Positions 10,399 through 21,207 of a DNA stretch of 64,000 nucleotides are shown one piece after another (within the stretch, counting starts at the first letter, position 1; each line of letters starts with the position of its first letter). The notes below the pieces were generated by a model, which had not been told where the DNA came from, ran no database searches, and saw only the letters and a list, made by a program, of their open reading frames with translations. The position numbers were made by a program, and so were the translations under genes. Origin of the DNA: an uncultured Bacteroidota bacterium. Its GTDB lineage: Bacteria; Bacteroidota; Bacteroidia; Bacteroidales; GWA2-32-17. The DNA lies in assembly GCA_903872185.1 (NCBI GenBank), contig CAIQJL010000264.1, forward strand, positions 38-64,037. The letters are read 5' to 3'.

Positions 10399-11393
10399 GG
10401 AAGAGTGACTTTTTGTGGAATTGTGCTTTTCGATATATAAATTAACGAAATTTCAAAAGCCCCTCTGTGATTTGTTGCAGCTTTTAATGCGGATGAGTTA
10501 ATGTCATAACTAAACCCTAATCTTAGTTGCTTATATTGAAGTCCAATAACTGCAATTGAAGCATCAAATGCAGTAGTAAAATCATTTCTAAAGAAATACC
10601 CTGCAAATACCTGTTTTATCACCTTTGATTTTGGCAAGTTATATCCAAACTCAAAACCAGCTAAAAAATCAGTAGCTCTTATTTGTTTCATAAAAAGCAC
10701 CATTGGGTGTGCAAACCAGTTTCTAATTGGAATATTTAAACCTAAGTTAAGTGCTGATCGAATTGGTAAATGGTTATTGTTTTCAAGAAAAGATTCTTTT
10801 GGCATTGTTAAATGAAAAAATGATAATCCTGCCTCTGGTTCAAAATACCTGAGTTTTTTGCTCCAGCCAATTCCAAAATTTAAATCCGGATAATTTGTAC
10901 CTAAATTAGTGGTGCTTTCATTTAATGGCAATTGATTGTTAAAATAACCGGTTGTCATATCAAACTGGCTTGGAAAAGTAAGAGCATCCATTGAAAAACT
11001 TTTGAAAACCAAACCTCCTTGAATTCCTATATGTAAATTATGGCCGTTAATTGTTTTATGCCATGCAAAAGATAAAAAAAGTTTATTTACTGTTAATCCT
11101 GCTGGTCCGGATTTGTCGTTAACAACAAAAATGCCACCGCTAAATTTTTCCGAATGAAGCCAGAATTGTCTGTCGAACCCAAAAGAAATTGTTCTAAAAG
11201 GAATTGATAACGCTCTCCATTGGTTACGATAATTATTAGTAATTCGCCAATCGCCATCAAAATTACCTGTATAGGCCGGGTTTAAAGAGAGTGGCGAAGC
11301 ATAGAATTGTGAAAAATGAATATCCTGAGCAGTTAGTTTTACAGACGTAACTGCTATAAAAACAATTAATAAAATATATTTAAACTTTTTCAC
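10383..11393 (-). CDS. type IX secretion system membrane protein, PorP/SprF family
   Basis: 336-aa ORF. Signal peptide followed by the hallmark QDIHFSQFYASPLSLNPAYTG N-terminal block of PorP/SprF beta-barrels. Confidence 0.85.
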   Translation of the reverse strand: MKKFKYILLIVFIAVTSVKLTAQDIHFSQFYASPLSLNPAYTGNFDGDWRITNNYRNQWRALSIPFRTISFGFDRQFWLHSEKFSGGIFVVNDKSGPAGLTVNKLFLSFAWHKTINGHNLHIGIQGGLVFKSFSMDALTFPSQFDMTTGYFNNQLPLNESTTNLGTNYPDLNFGIGWSKKLRYFEPEAGLSFFHLTMPKESFLENNNHLPIRSALNLGLNIPIRNWFAHPMVLFMKQIRATDFLAGFEFGYNLPKSKVIKQVFAGYFFRNDFTTAFDASIAVIGLQYKQLRLGFSYDINSSALKAATNHRGAFEISLIYISKSTIPQKVTLPCDRL

Positions 11394-11547
11394 ACTTAAT
11401 CTTAATCGGGCAAAAATAGTATTTTTTATACATTACTTACAATAAATTTGCTAAAATTTATTATTAATGCTTTGTTAGGAAAGTTTTTAAATTGAATTTT
11501 TGTGTTTAATGGTTTTTATCTATATTGCACAATTAATTATATTTTAA

Positions 11548-14500
11548 ATGAATTTGTTTCTAAAATATTTAGTTTTTCCTGTTTTCTTATTCCTTTTAGC
11601 CAATAATACTTTTGGTCAAATTGCTGCATTTACTCAAGATACCTTAGAAGGATGCGAGCAACAAACTGTAAATTTCACAAATCTATCTACAGGTGCAACA
11701 TCATATATCTGGAGGTTTGGTGATGGCAATACGTCTAATTCATCAAGCCCTAATGTGACAGAAATTTATGCAAACGTAGGTACATATACAGTGACTTTAG
11801 TTGCCATTAATGGCAGTTTGCGCGATAGTATTTCAAAAGTAATTCATATATGGCGAAATCCAAACGCAATTTTTAATGGCACACCACCTTTTCAAGGTTG
11901 CGTGCCTTTAAGTGTTAATTTTTCTGATATTTCTATAGCTGGTGACGGAGCTATTAATACTTGGACATGGGATTTTGGAGATGGAAATGGAGCAAATATT
12001 CAAAACCCTACACATATTTTTAGTACACCAGGATCTTGGAGTATTTATTTAAAAGTTGAAGATTCACATCACTGTTCTGATTGGGATACATTAAATAATT
12101 ATGTGAATGTCTCTAATCCTCCTGATGTAGCTTTTACTGCAAATTCAACTGTTAATTGTACTGTTCCTTTTCCTGTAACTTTCACAAATTCAACAACAGG
12201 TACAGGACCTATGACATATGCATGGGATTTTGGCGATGGTGGAAATTCAACATCACAATCACCTAATCATACATATACAGTTGCTGGTACCTATACTGTT
12301 AAATTAACCGTAACAGATAAATGGGGATGTGCCGATTCGTTGATTAAAACAAATTATATAAGTATTACTCCTGTTAGTGCAGCGTTTAATTTTGCACCTT
12401 CTGATTCTGCCTGTATAGGTCAAGTAGTTAATTTCTTTAATGAATCTGGAACTAATGTGTTGTGGGCTTTTGGTGAGCCCAGTTCTGGCTCAGCTAATGT
12501 TTCAACATTATCTAACCCTACGCATACATACTTGCTACCTGGACCACATATTATTACTTTGACTGCAGCTCCAGGCACTCTTTGTCAATCAATTATTAAA
12601 GACACTATAATAATAAGAAATCCACCAACTGTAGTATTTAGTATTTCTCCAACTCCGCATTATGTTTGTAGTTCCACAACTCCTGTTACTTTTACAGACA
12701 ATTCACCAGATGCTGTAAGTTGGTCGTGGAATCTTGGTAATGGGAATACCAGTACTTCCCAAAACCCATCAGCAACATATTCTAATGAAGGTTCATATAC
12801 TGCAACTTTGACCATTACTGACAGTCATGGTTGCTCAGGAACTTATACTAACCCAAGCCCAATTATTGTTGATTTTCCTACTGCTACAATTACTTGGGAT
12901 AGCGATTCTCTGCCTAATCATTGCATACCTTTTCCTGTTGATTTTACTGGTTCAGGTTCATACAATTTAATATATGATAGTATTCCTGTAACAGGATGGA
13001 ATTGGAATTTTGGTGATGGTACAACTTCAACACTTCAAAATCCAAATCATATTTACACTACTCCAGGTGAGTATAACATTACACTTACCATAACCACTGC
13101 AAACGGGTGTCCAGCTACTACTACTATTACTATTAAAGTTGGCGCACACCAAATACCGATTATACAAAACACTTTTAGTCTTGGTTGTGCAAATGAGACT
13201 TCTGTTCACTTTGTTAGCTTATCAACAGATTCTAATTTAATTGATTTTTGGGATTGGAGTTTTATTGCAAATCTTCCCGATTCAAATTATACAGTTGCAA
13301 CGAGTAGTGAACAACATCCAACAGTTGATTTTCATGGGTTAGATTCTATTTCTATTCAATTAATTGTTGGATATTTGGAATGTAAAGATACAATTGTTGA
13401 CACAAATGCATTTTATTTGAAAGGTCCATTTCTTAAAAATATAAGTACAATATTTTCTTGTGCTACTCCTCTTCATTTAGGTTTAACTTATGAATACATT
13501 AAAAAAGCCAACAGATGGTATTGGGATTTTAATGGAGATGGTACTTATGAGGATTCTAGTATTTTTGCTACGCCGGTATATTCTTATCACGATACAGTTT
13601 GGTATGATTATCCTTCCAGGGGGACATATATGATACATTTAAAAGCCTTTAATGATATTACCGGATGCTTTTATGAAGATAGTATTCAATATAGAATTTA
13701 TGTTATTGATGCTGTTATTTCTGCTCCTACTCCACATTGTTATAATAGTAATGTTATTACTCTTACTAACTCTTTAGATTGGAATCACCCTGGTCCGGCT
13801 CCACAGAACGCAGACTATACCGTTAATTATGGAGATGGGCAAACTATTGCTTATACTACTTTTAATCAATCGAATCAGGTTTATCTGCATAATTATCCTA
13901 TGGTAAACGGTAGCTATAATGTTATATTAACTATGCATAACTTTTTAGGTTGCATTGATAGCGACACAACAACAATTAGAATATATTATCCTGTTGCTGG
14001 TTATACAATGACTCCCGATTCTGGTTGTGCTCCATTAACTGTAAGCTTTACAGATACAAGCCATTCTCAAATACCTTATACATTAACATGGCATATTAGC
14101 GGTGCAACTTCACCAATATTTACTCCACCGGATACCACCTATAATAGTTCTGGTATTTTTCACCCTTATTTGCACCTTGTTGATTCTATAGGTTGTGTGT
14201 CGAATTTTTCTGTGCCTACTGTTTATGTTTTAAATCTACCTCCGAATTTTTCAGCTATTGATTCTACAATTTGTTTAGGTGATTCTATTCACTTTATTTC
14301 TAATGTACTTTTTTCAAATAGTTATAATTGGGATTTTGGTGATTCGAATACCGAAATTGGTTTAAATCCGTCACATTTATATGCTGATACAGGCACGTAT
14401 ACTGTTTCACTTTTAACTCAAAGTTCACTTCCGGGCTGCGATGGTACTGAGGTTAAACCTTCTTTTATTCATGTTCAGGATATTTTAGCAAATATTAAAG

Positions 14501-16023
14501 TGATCGATTCAGTTTCTACTTGTTATCCATTTAGCATTAACATAACAAATCTTACTAACACTTTATTTTCTCCTGTTTGGGATTGGTCATTTGGTGATGG
14601 AAGTACTGGTAATCAGTTTCAACCGATTCACACATATACTTTGCCCGGAGATTATTGGTTAAATTTAACAGCTACTACTACACCTCAAAACCTATATGGC
14701 TGTTCTAGCAAGGATAGCATTCCAATTCATATTGGTGGTCCTTATTCTGAAATATCGTATTCTGACAATACTATCTGTAAAGGCGAATCAATAACCTTTG
14801 CATTAGTAAATAATATTGGCGTTACTTCTTTTAATTGGTCATTTGGCGATGGTGGTGGTGGAACTACAACACCGTTTACATATCAATTTAATTATGTACC
14901 TCCTAGCGGTCTTACTAAAGTTTACTTGATTTATCAGAGTGATATTAATTGTCAGAAGAAAGATTCTGTTTACATTAATATTTATCAAGTAATGGCAAAT
15001 TATAATTATCTGAATAGTATAACCGGAAACAATGATTCTGTGATTTGTCAGCCTGGCTTACTCGATTTTTACAATTATTCTATAGGTGCAGATAGTATGA
15101 TATGGAATTTTGGAGATGGGCAAACATTTACCAGTACCGATTCTTCAATTGTTCCTGGAACTCATACTTTTTATAATCAAACAAATAATAACATTAATTA
15201 CAATATTACTTTAACTGTATTTAATAGTGCTGTAGGATGTATAGATAGTATTACTAAGCATTATTTGGTTTATCCTTTACCTCAGATTAATGTTGGAAAT
15301 GATATTGCGATTTGTGCAGGAAGTACTGTTCAGCTAAATGCAACAGGCGGTAATGTAATTTCATGGACTCCGTCAAATAGCTTATCTAATCCTACTGTTT
15401 ATACACCTTTTGCAACTCCAGACAGCTCAGTTTTATATCAAGCATTAATTCACGATGCTCATGGATGTTCAAATACAGATTCAGTATATGTTTTTGTTCA
15501 GCAGGTGCCAGAGTTAAATCATAATCCCGACACCACTATTATAATAGGAGAGTTTGTTGATATGATGGCAAACTCTGATCAGACAACAGTAACATATAAT
15601 TGGACACCTTCTTATGGATTATCTTGTACAACTTGTCCTAACCCTATTGCACAGCCATTGACGACGACTACTTATACTGTTGAAATAATCGATTCAATGA
15701 CATGTTTCCATGTTACAGGTCAGGTTACAATAGAGGTAAAAGAAGAATATTCGATTGATGTTCCTTCAGCCTTTACTCCAAATGGAGATGGGGATAACGA
15801 TTTGGTTTTTGTTCGTGGATGGGGAATAAAGCAATTGCTAGAATTTAAAATATACAATCGTTGGGGAGAATGTATTTTTGAAACCGATGACATACATGTT
15901 GGTTGGGATGGAACTTTCAAAGGAACTAAGCAAAACATTGACACTTATGCTTATACGGCAAAAGTTAGCACTTATAGTGGTAAGGTTCTAACTAAGAATG
16001 GCTTAATTAATTTGTTGCGATAA
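11548..16023 (+). CDS. PKD-repeat surface protein with T9SS type B (gliding motility-associated) C-terminal domain
   Basis: 1491-aa ORF. At least 12 repeats of the W-x-F-G-D-G-x-T/S PKD signature. C-terminus FTPNGDGDNDLVFVRGWGI...IYNRWGECIF...WDG matches the type B CTD. Confidence 0.9.
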   Translation: MNLFLKYLVFPVFLFLLANNTFGQIAAFTQDTLEGCEQQTVNFTNLSTGATSYIWRFGDGNTSNSSSPNVTEIYANVGTYTVTLVAINGSLRDSISKVIHIWRNPNAIFNGTPPFQGCVPLSVNFSDISIAGDGAINTWTWDFGDGNGANIQNPTHIFSTPGSWSIYLKVEDSHHCSDWDTLNNYVNVSNPPDVAFTANSTVNCTVPFPVTFTNSTTGTGPMTYAWDFGDGGNSTSQSPNHTYTVAGTYTVKLTVTDKWGCADSLIKTNYISITPVSAAFNFAPSDSACIGQVVNFFNESGTNVLWAFGEPSSGSANVSTLSNPTHTYLLPGPHIITLTAAPGTLCQSIIKDTIIIRNPPTVVFSISPTPHYVCSSTTPVTFTDNSPDAVSWSWNLGNGNTSTSQNPSATYSNEGSYTATLTITDSHGCSGTYTNPSPIIVDFPTATITWDSDSLPNHCIPFPVDFTGSGSYNLIYDSIPVTGWNWNFGDGTTSTLQNPNHIYTTPGEYNITLTITTANGCPATTTITIKVGAHQIPIIQNTFSLGCANETSVHFVSLSTDSNLIDFWDWSFIANLPDSNYTVATSSEQHPTVDFHGLDSISIQLIVGYLECKDTIVDTNAFYLKGPFLKNISTIFSCATPLHLGLTYEYIKKANRWYWDFNGDGTYEDSSIFATPVYSYHDTVWYDYPSRGTYMIHLKAFNDITGCFYEDSIQYRIYVIDAVISAPTPHCYNSNVITLTNSLDWNHPGPAPQNADYTVNYGDGQTIAYTTFNQSNQVYLHNYPMVNGSYNVILTMHNFLGCIDSDTTTIRIYYPVAGYTMTPDSGCAPLTVSFTDTSHSQIPYTLTWHISGATSPIFTPPDTTYNSSGIFHPYLHLVDSIGCVSNFSVPTVYVLNLPPNFSAIDSTICLGDSIHFISNVLFSNSYNWDFGDSNTEIGLNPSHLYADTGTYTVSLLTQSSLPGCDGTEVKPSFIHVQDILANIKVIDSVSTCYPFSINITNLTNTLFSPVWDWSFGDGSTGNQFQPIHTYTLPGDYWLNLTATTTPQNLYGCSSKDSIPIHIGGPYSEISYSDNTICKGESITFALVNNIGVTSFNWSFGDGGGGTTTPFTYQFNYVPPSGLTKVYLIYQSDINCQKKDSVYINIYQVMANYNYLNSITGNNDSVICQPGLLDFYNYSIGADSMIWNFGDGQTFTSTDSSIVPGTHTFYNQTNNNINYNITLTVFNSAVGCIDSITKHYLVYPLPQINVGNDIAICAGSTVQLNATGGNVISWTPSNSLSNPTVYTPFATPDSSVLYQALIHDAHGCSNTDSVYVFVQQVPELNHNPDTTIIIGEFVDMMANSDQTTVTYNWTPSYGLSCTTCPNPIAQPLTTTTYTVEIIDSMTCFHVTGQVTIEVKEEYSIDVPSAFTPNGDGDNDLVFVRGWGIKQLLEFKIYNRWGECIFETDDIHVGWDGTFKGTKQNIDTYAYTAKVSTYSGKVLTKNGLINLLR

Positions 16024-16061
16024 ACTATTTTTAAATTTCTTAAGTTTTTATCTTCTATTAT

Positions 16062-16091
16062 TTGTTCTAAAAAAAGATTTTTTTAGAACAA
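16062..16091 (+). terminator. AT-rich hairpin downstream of the PKD gene
   Basis: 13-bp perfect stem ttgttctaaaaaa/ttttttagaacaa with a 4-nt loop, followed by a T-rich tract. Confidence 0.45.
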
Positions 16092-16394
16092 ATATTTTCT
16101 TTTTCTTAAAATACTTTTTTATTAATATTTTATTGTAAAAAACAATTTTGTACATTTGTAAAAAATGGTTGACCAACAAAGTTATGAACATTTTAACCTG
16201 CAAGTATACAGTAAATTATACATATGCATAAAAATAGATGTGTTTTTTTGACAAACGTAAAATTGTTTTAAGCAGATACTTGTAAAATAAAATGAAAAAA
16301 CAATAGATATTTAACTTTTTTCTTAACTATTTTTTTTCCAATATTGCTGACTGAAATAATCTAATCAAAAAAAATAAAATACCACTGAGGGAGA
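16092..16394. other. dnaA upstream region, weak oriC/promoter candidate
   Basis: ORF-free, extremely AT-rich. Only one-mismatch DnaA-box-like 9-mers (TTATGAACA 16182-16190, TTATACATA 16216-16224). TACATTTG -7-like box at 16151-16158. Confidence 0.25.
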
Positions 16395-17825
16395 ATGAGT
16401 AAGAATCATGTTGATGTTTGGAACAATTGCTTGAAGGTAATAAAGGACAATGTGCCTTCTATTAGCTTTAAGACGTGGTTTGAGCCTATTGTTCCACTTA
16501 AAATGGAGCACAATGTATTAACAATACAAGTACCTAGTCCTTTTTTCTACGAGTACTTAGAAGAGCAATATATTGATATAATAAGCAAAACACTTAGAAA
16601 AGAAATTGGCGACGACGTTAAATTGGAATATAGCGTTGTTATGGATAATAATTCTCAAGCCAATACAAAACCTTATACCGTTAAACTTCCAGCAAAAAAT
16701 AAATCTGATTTAAAAAATCAACCTTTATCTATTCCTTTAGATTCAGAAGACAGATCAATTAAAAACCCTTTTATTTTACCTGGAATTAAAAAGTTGACTA
16801 TCGATCCTCAACTTAATCCCGATAATTCATTTAGCAATTTTGTTGAAGGTGAATGTAACAGACTAGCTCGTTCTGCTGGTTATGCTGTTGCATGTAATCC
16901 TGGAGGTACTGCATTTAATCCATTATTTCTTTATAGCGCAAACGGTTTAGGAAAAACTCACCTTTGTCAGGCTATCGGAATTGAAGTAAAAGAACGTTTT
17001 CCTGAAAAAACCGTGCTTTATGTTCAAGCGCATAAGTTTATTACTCAATTCATGGATTCCATCAGAAATAATAATCGCAATGATTTTGTTCACTTCTATC
17101 AAATGATAGATGTTTTAATAATTGATGATGTTCATGAATTAACCGGTAAAGAAAAAACACAAGATATTTTCTTTCATATTTTTAATCACTTACATCAATC
17201 TAACAAACAGCTTGTAATTACTGCTGATAAACCACCAGTTGAATTACAAGGCATGGAACAACGCTTACTATCTCGCTTCAAATGGGGACTAGCTGCTGAT
17301 TTACAAGCTCCCGATTTTGAAACACGTATTGCAATTCTTAAAAAGAAAACATATAATGACGGCATAGAAATGCCCGACGAGATAATTGAATACCTTGCTT
17401 CACATATTACTAACAATATGCGCGAGCTTGAAGGTGCATTGGTTTCAATTTTAGCTCAGTCAACATTAAACAAAAAAGAAATTACTCTTGATCTTGCTAA
17501 ACAAATTATTGATAAACTTGTTAAGAGCACACGCAGAGAAATTTCTATCGATTATATTCAGAAGGTTGTTTGCGATTATTTCAATATGCAGGTTGATATG
17601 CTTAAATCTAAAACCCGCAAACGCGAGATAGTTCAGGCACGTCAGATTGCTATGTATTTTGCAAAAAATTTAACAAAGAGTTCGTTGGCTTCGATTGGCT
17701 CCGTTATTGGAGGAAAAGATCACGCTACAGTTTTACATGCATGCAAAACCGTAAATAATCTAATCGATACCGATAAACGTTTTAGATTATACATTGATGA
17801 AATTGAAAAGAAACTCAAATTATAA
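16395..17825 (+). CDS. dnaA: chromosomal replication initiator protein DnaA
   Basis: 476-aa ORF. Walker A GLGKTHL, Walker B LIIDDVH, sensor/box VII region, and C-terminal DNA-binding helix-turn-helix IGGKDHATVLHACK. Confidence 0.97.
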   Translation: MSKNHVDVWNNCLKVIKDNVPSISFKTWFEPIVPLKMEHNVLTIQVPSPFFYEYLEEQYIDIISKTLRKEIGDDVKLEYSVVMDNNSQANTKPYTVKLPAKNKSDLKNQPLSIPLDSEDRSIKNPFILPGIKKLTIDPQLNPDNSFSNFVEGECNRLARSAGYAVACNPGGTAFNPLFLYSANGLGKTHLCQAIGIEVKERFPEKTVLYVQAHKFITQFMDSIRNNNRNDFVHFYQMIDVLIIDDVHELTGKEKTQDIFFHIFNHLHQSNKQLVITADKPPVELQGMEQRLLSRFKWGLAADLQAPDFETRIAILKKKTYNDGIEMPDEIIEYLASHITNNMRELEGALVSILAQSTLNKKEITLDLAKQIIDKLVKSTRREISIDYIQKVVCDYFNMQVDMLKSKTRKREIVQARQIAMYFAKNLTKSSLASIGSVIGGKDHATVLHACKTVNNLIDTDKRFRLYIDEIEKKLKL

Positions 17826-17830
17826 TTGGA

Positions 17831-17859
17831 AAAGCAGGTTTAATACCTGCTTTTTTTTT
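17831..17859 (+). terminator. rho-independent terminator of dnaA
   Basis: Stem aaagcaggt/acctgcttt with loop ttaat, followed by a T-run. Confidence 0.75.
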
Positions 17860-17876
17860 AATCAAAAAAGTGCTAA

Positions 17877-18746
17877 ATGATAAACATTCTGCTTTGTATC
17901 TTATCATCTACACTAATTTTTATTCTTTTTAAACTTATTGATAAATTTAAAGCTTTTACTTTTCAGTCAATTATTATAAATTATTTAGTTGCTTTTGTTT
18001 TAGGTTTAAGTATCTCTTCTAATTGGGAAAATCTTCCTCACGTATATGAAAAAAGCTGGTTTATTTTATCGCTAATCCTTGGGATTTTATTTATTGTTAC
18101 ATTTTTCTTTATAGGTATTTCATCTCAGAAGGCAGGCATCTCAATTACAACAGTTGCCTGTAAAATGTCTGTAATTGTTCCTGTAGCTTTTTCAATACTT
18201 TTTTACAGCGAAGTTGTAACGAGTTTAAAGATTTTAGGATTAATAGTTTCATTAGTGGCATTGTTTTTAACAATTTGGAGAAAGCCTGAAAAGAAACAAG
18301 ACATATTTGTTGTCATTTTACCTTTTATACTCTTTATTGGAATTGGTGTTATTGATACTCTTGTAAAATATGCTCAACAAGATTATGTGAAAAATGACGT
18401 CTCTTTTTTTACAGCAATTTCTTTTGGCGTATCACTTTTAACCGGATTAATATTTGGTTTAACAAGAAAAAACTTTTTAAAGGAATTTAAAAATATACCA
18501 ACATTATTATTAGGAATAATGTTAGGAATGGCAAATTTTGGGTCGGTTTATTTTATGATTAATGCATTAAATAAAAGCGGGCTCGAAAGTTCTGTTGTTT
18601 TCGGAATTAACAATATAGGAATAGTAACAATTTCAGTTTTTGTTGGATTGTTATTTTTTAAAGAAAAATTAAAATTCATAAACTGGTCTGGTGTTTTTTT
18701 GTCAATAATAGCAATTTGGTTATTAATGGGAATGCATGGAATCTGA
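17877..18746 (+). CDS. DMT/EamA-like integral membrane transporter
   Basis: 289-aa ORF with about 10 hydrophobic helices in two similar halves. The family assignment is an inference. Confidence 0.55.
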   Translation: MINILLCILSSTLIFILFKLIDKFKAFTFQSIIINYLVAFVLGLSISSNWENLPHVYEKSWFILSLILGILFIVTFFFIGISSQKAGISITTVACKMSVIVPVAFSILFYSEVVTSLKILGLIVSLVALFLTIWRKPEKKQDIFVVILPFILFIGIGVIDTLVKYAQQDYVKNDVSFFTAISFGVSLLTGLIFGLTRKNFLKEFKNIPTLLLGIMLGMANFGSVYFMINALNKSGLESSVVFGINNIGIVTISVFVGLLFFKEKLKFINWSGVFLSIIAIWLLMGMHGI

Positions 18747-19365
18747 TGCTTTTTTAACAATAAAGTATCCTTCTGAAGGATTTTTTAAAGACCGAAAAAG
18801 TCGGTTTATAGGATTTGCTTTCCCTGTTAAAAACGAAGATTCTATTAAGGAAATAATCAAAAAAATACGTAAAGATTACTACGATGCCACCCATCGTTGT
18901 TATGCATATGTAATTGGTAAATCCAGAGAAACATATCGCTCAAGCGATGATGGCGAACAAGCAAATACAGCAGGAGTTCAGATTCTGGGACAAATAAATT
19001 CACGACAATTAACAAATATCCTACTAGTTGTTGTAAGATATTACGGAGGAGTTAAATTAGGCATTCCAGGATTAATTAATGCCTTTAGATCTGCAGCTAA
19101 TGATACTTTGGATAAAGCTGAAATTATTACTTCTTATGAAAAAAAACAAGGTGTAATTAAATTTCAATATCCTCAGATGAATTTAGTAATGAATATTTTA
19201 AAAGATGACAGCATTGAAATTATTGAACAAAAATTTGAATTAGATTGTATAATAAATTTTGAGGTTTATTCGAGTTTATCAACAAAAATTGAAAATCAAT
19301 TAAATAAGACTGATGGAGTTTCATGTAAAATAATGAATAATGGAATTATTGAAAAAACTGTGTAG
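18736..19365 (+). CDS. YigZ/IMPACT family protein
   Basis: 209-aa ORF. Blocks KKSRFIG-type (DRKSRFIGFAFPV), HRCYAY and SSDDGEQANTAG are characteristic of UPF0029/YigZ. Confidence 0.8.
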   Translation: MESDAFLTIKYPSEGFFKDRKSRFIGFAFPVKNEDSIKEIIKKIRKDYYDATHRCYAYVIGKSRETYRSSDDGEQANTAGVQILGQINSRQLTNILLVVVRYYGGVKLGIPGLINAFRSAANDTLDKAEIITSYEKKQGVIKFQYPQMNLVMNILKDDSIEIIEQKFELDCIINFEVYSSLSTKIENQLNKTDGVSCKIMNNGIIEKTV

Positions 19366-20254
19366 CATTCATGCTCCTTCTGCTGATGAAATGCCTATGA
19401 AAGATTTTATTCTTTCGTGGGTAAAGTCTAATATGAAAAATTGGAGTGTTAAGCCCAAAATAGTTGAAGATGATGGTTTGCAGGATGCTATAATGTTAGT
19501 TTTTGGTAAGCCGAGAACAGCAGTTTTTGCACATATGGACTCAACTGGATTTACTGTCAGATATAATAATGAAATAATTCCAATTGGTGGACCTCATTAT
19601 AAAAATGGAGATAAGTTAGTTGGGAATTATTTGGGGAAACAAATTGCAACTAAAATTAAGTATAAAAAAGGACAAGATAAAATATTTTGTGATTTTAAAG
19701 GAATTTTACCTGCCGGAACAACACTCACATATAAAGTAGAATTTAATGCTTCTGAAAAAGGTATTGTAGCTCCTTATCTTGATGACAGATTAGGAGTGTG
19801 GGTTTTGATGAATCTTGCTAAAACTCTTGAAAATGGAATTTTAGTTTTTTCCTGCAACGAAGAACATGGTGGTGGAAATGTTGAAAAAATTGCAAGAGTT
19901 ATTTATGGAAAATATTCTGTAAAGCAAGCTTTAATTTGTGATATTACTTGGGCTACAGAAGGAGTATTCCTCGGTAAAGGGGTTGCTGTTACATTGCGTG
20001 ATAAATATATTCCAAGAAAAATATTTGTAGATAAAGTTTTGAAAATTTTAAATAGTAACAAAATGAAGTATCAATCAGAAGTTGAATCATCTGGATCAAG
20101 CGATGGAGGTTATTTGCAAAAATCTGCCTATCCAATTGATTGGTGTTTTATAGGAGTACCTGAAGAAGGAAATCATTCTAGTCAGGAAAAGGTTAGCGTG
20201 ATTGATGTTATAATGATGCAAAAAGCATATGAATTGTTAATGAGAGAACTGTAA
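19340..20254 (+). CDS. M42 family metallopeptidase (FrvX-like aminopeptidase)
   Basis: 304-aa ORF. Metal-ligand blocks AHMDSTGF, LDDRLGV, NEEHGGG and a late GNHSSQE. Confidence 0.7.
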   Translation: MELLKKLCSIHAPSADEMPMKDFILSWVKSNMKNWSVKPKIVEDDGLQDAIMLVFGKPRTAVFAHMDSTGFTVRYNNEIIPIGGPHYKNGDKLVGNYLGKQIATKIKYKKGQDKIFCDFKGILPAGTTLTYKVEFNASEKGIVAPYLDDRLGVWVLMNLAKTLENGILVFSCNEEHGGGNVEKIARVIYGKYSVKQALICDITWATEGVFLGKGVAVTLRDKYIPRKIFVDKVLKILNSNKMKYQSEVESSGSSDGGYLQKSAYPIDWCFIGVPEEGNHSSQEKVSVIDVIMMQKAYELLMREL

Positions 20255-20277
20255 ACTAAATATAAAAATCAAAAAAA

Positions 20278-21192
20278 ATGAAAAACAAAAGTCTGATTTC
20301 AATCCACGATTACTCAAAAAACGATTATTTGAGAATTATGGATTTGGCTGAGGAGTTTGAAAAGAATCCTCGCAATTATGGTAACTTGTTATCAGGAAAA
20401 GTTATTGCAACACTTTTCTTTGAACCTTCAACCAGAACTCGTTTGAGTTTCGAGAGTGCAATTCAACGTTTAGGTGGAAGTGTAATTGGTTTTACCGATT
20501 CAAGCTCTTCAAGTGTTTCTAAAGGTGAAACATTAAAAGACACAATTAAAACAGTTTCGCAGTATTCTGATTTAATTGTTATGCGTCATCCTATTGAAGG
20601 AAGTGCGCGTTGGGCAAGTGAAGTATCAGATGTTCCAATTGTAAATGCTGGCGATGGTGCAAATCAACACCCTACACAATGTCTTTTGGATTTATACACA
20701 ATTCGTCAAACACAAGGTAAATTAGAAGACTTAACAATTACTATGGTTGGCGATTTAAAATATGGTAGAACGGTTCATTCATTAATTCAGGCTATGTCAT
20801 ATTTTTCACCTTCATTTCATTTTGTTTCTCCAGAGGAATTAAAAATGCCAAATGAATATAAAATGTTTTTAAAAGAAAAAAATATTCCTTTTAATGAGAG
20901 CCATGAATTAGGAGAAGTACTTAAAACTTCAGATATAGCTTATGTTACAAGGGTTCAAAAAGAAAGATTTTCCGATCCAATGGAATATGAAAAAGTAAAA
21001 AATGCTTTTGTACTTAAAAATGAAATGCTAGAAGGAACTAAATCAAACCTAAAAATTCTTCACCCACTACCCCGAGTAAACGAAATCAGTGAAGATGTTG
21101 ACGAAAACGAAAAAGCATATTATTTCAGACAAGCTCTGAATGGCGTTTATGCACGTATGGCTATTATTTCATCTATTTTAGGTTTAAAATAA
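20278..21192 (+). CDS. pyrB: aspartate carbamoyltransferase catalytic subunit
   Basis: 304-aa ORF. Motifs [13 protein letters not shown] and HPLPR. Confidence 0.95.
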   Translation: MKNKSLISIHDYSKNDYLRIMDLAEEFEKNPRNYGNLLSGKVIATLFFEPSTRTRLSFESAIQRLGGSVIGFTDSSSSSVSKGETLKDTIKTVSQYSDLIVMRHPIEGSARWASEVSDVPIVNAGDGANQHPTQCLLDLYTIRQTQGKLEDLTITMVGDLKYGRTVHSLIQAMSYFSPSFHFVSPEELKMPNEYKMFLKEKNIPFNESHELGEVLKTSDIAYVTRVQKERFSDPMEYEKVKNAFVLKNEMLEGTKSNLKILHPLPRVNEISEDVDENEKAYYFRQALNGVYARMAIISSILGLK

Positions 21193-21207
21193 ATAAAAAG
21201 AAAAATT

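Noticed and set aside
11548-16023. Periodic repetition inside the large PKD gene as a possible DNA satellite
   Set aside because: The periodicity is at protein-domain level (W-x-F-G-D-G PKD signatures about every 80-100 aa), with diverged nucleotide sequence. It is not a nucleotide tandem repeat.
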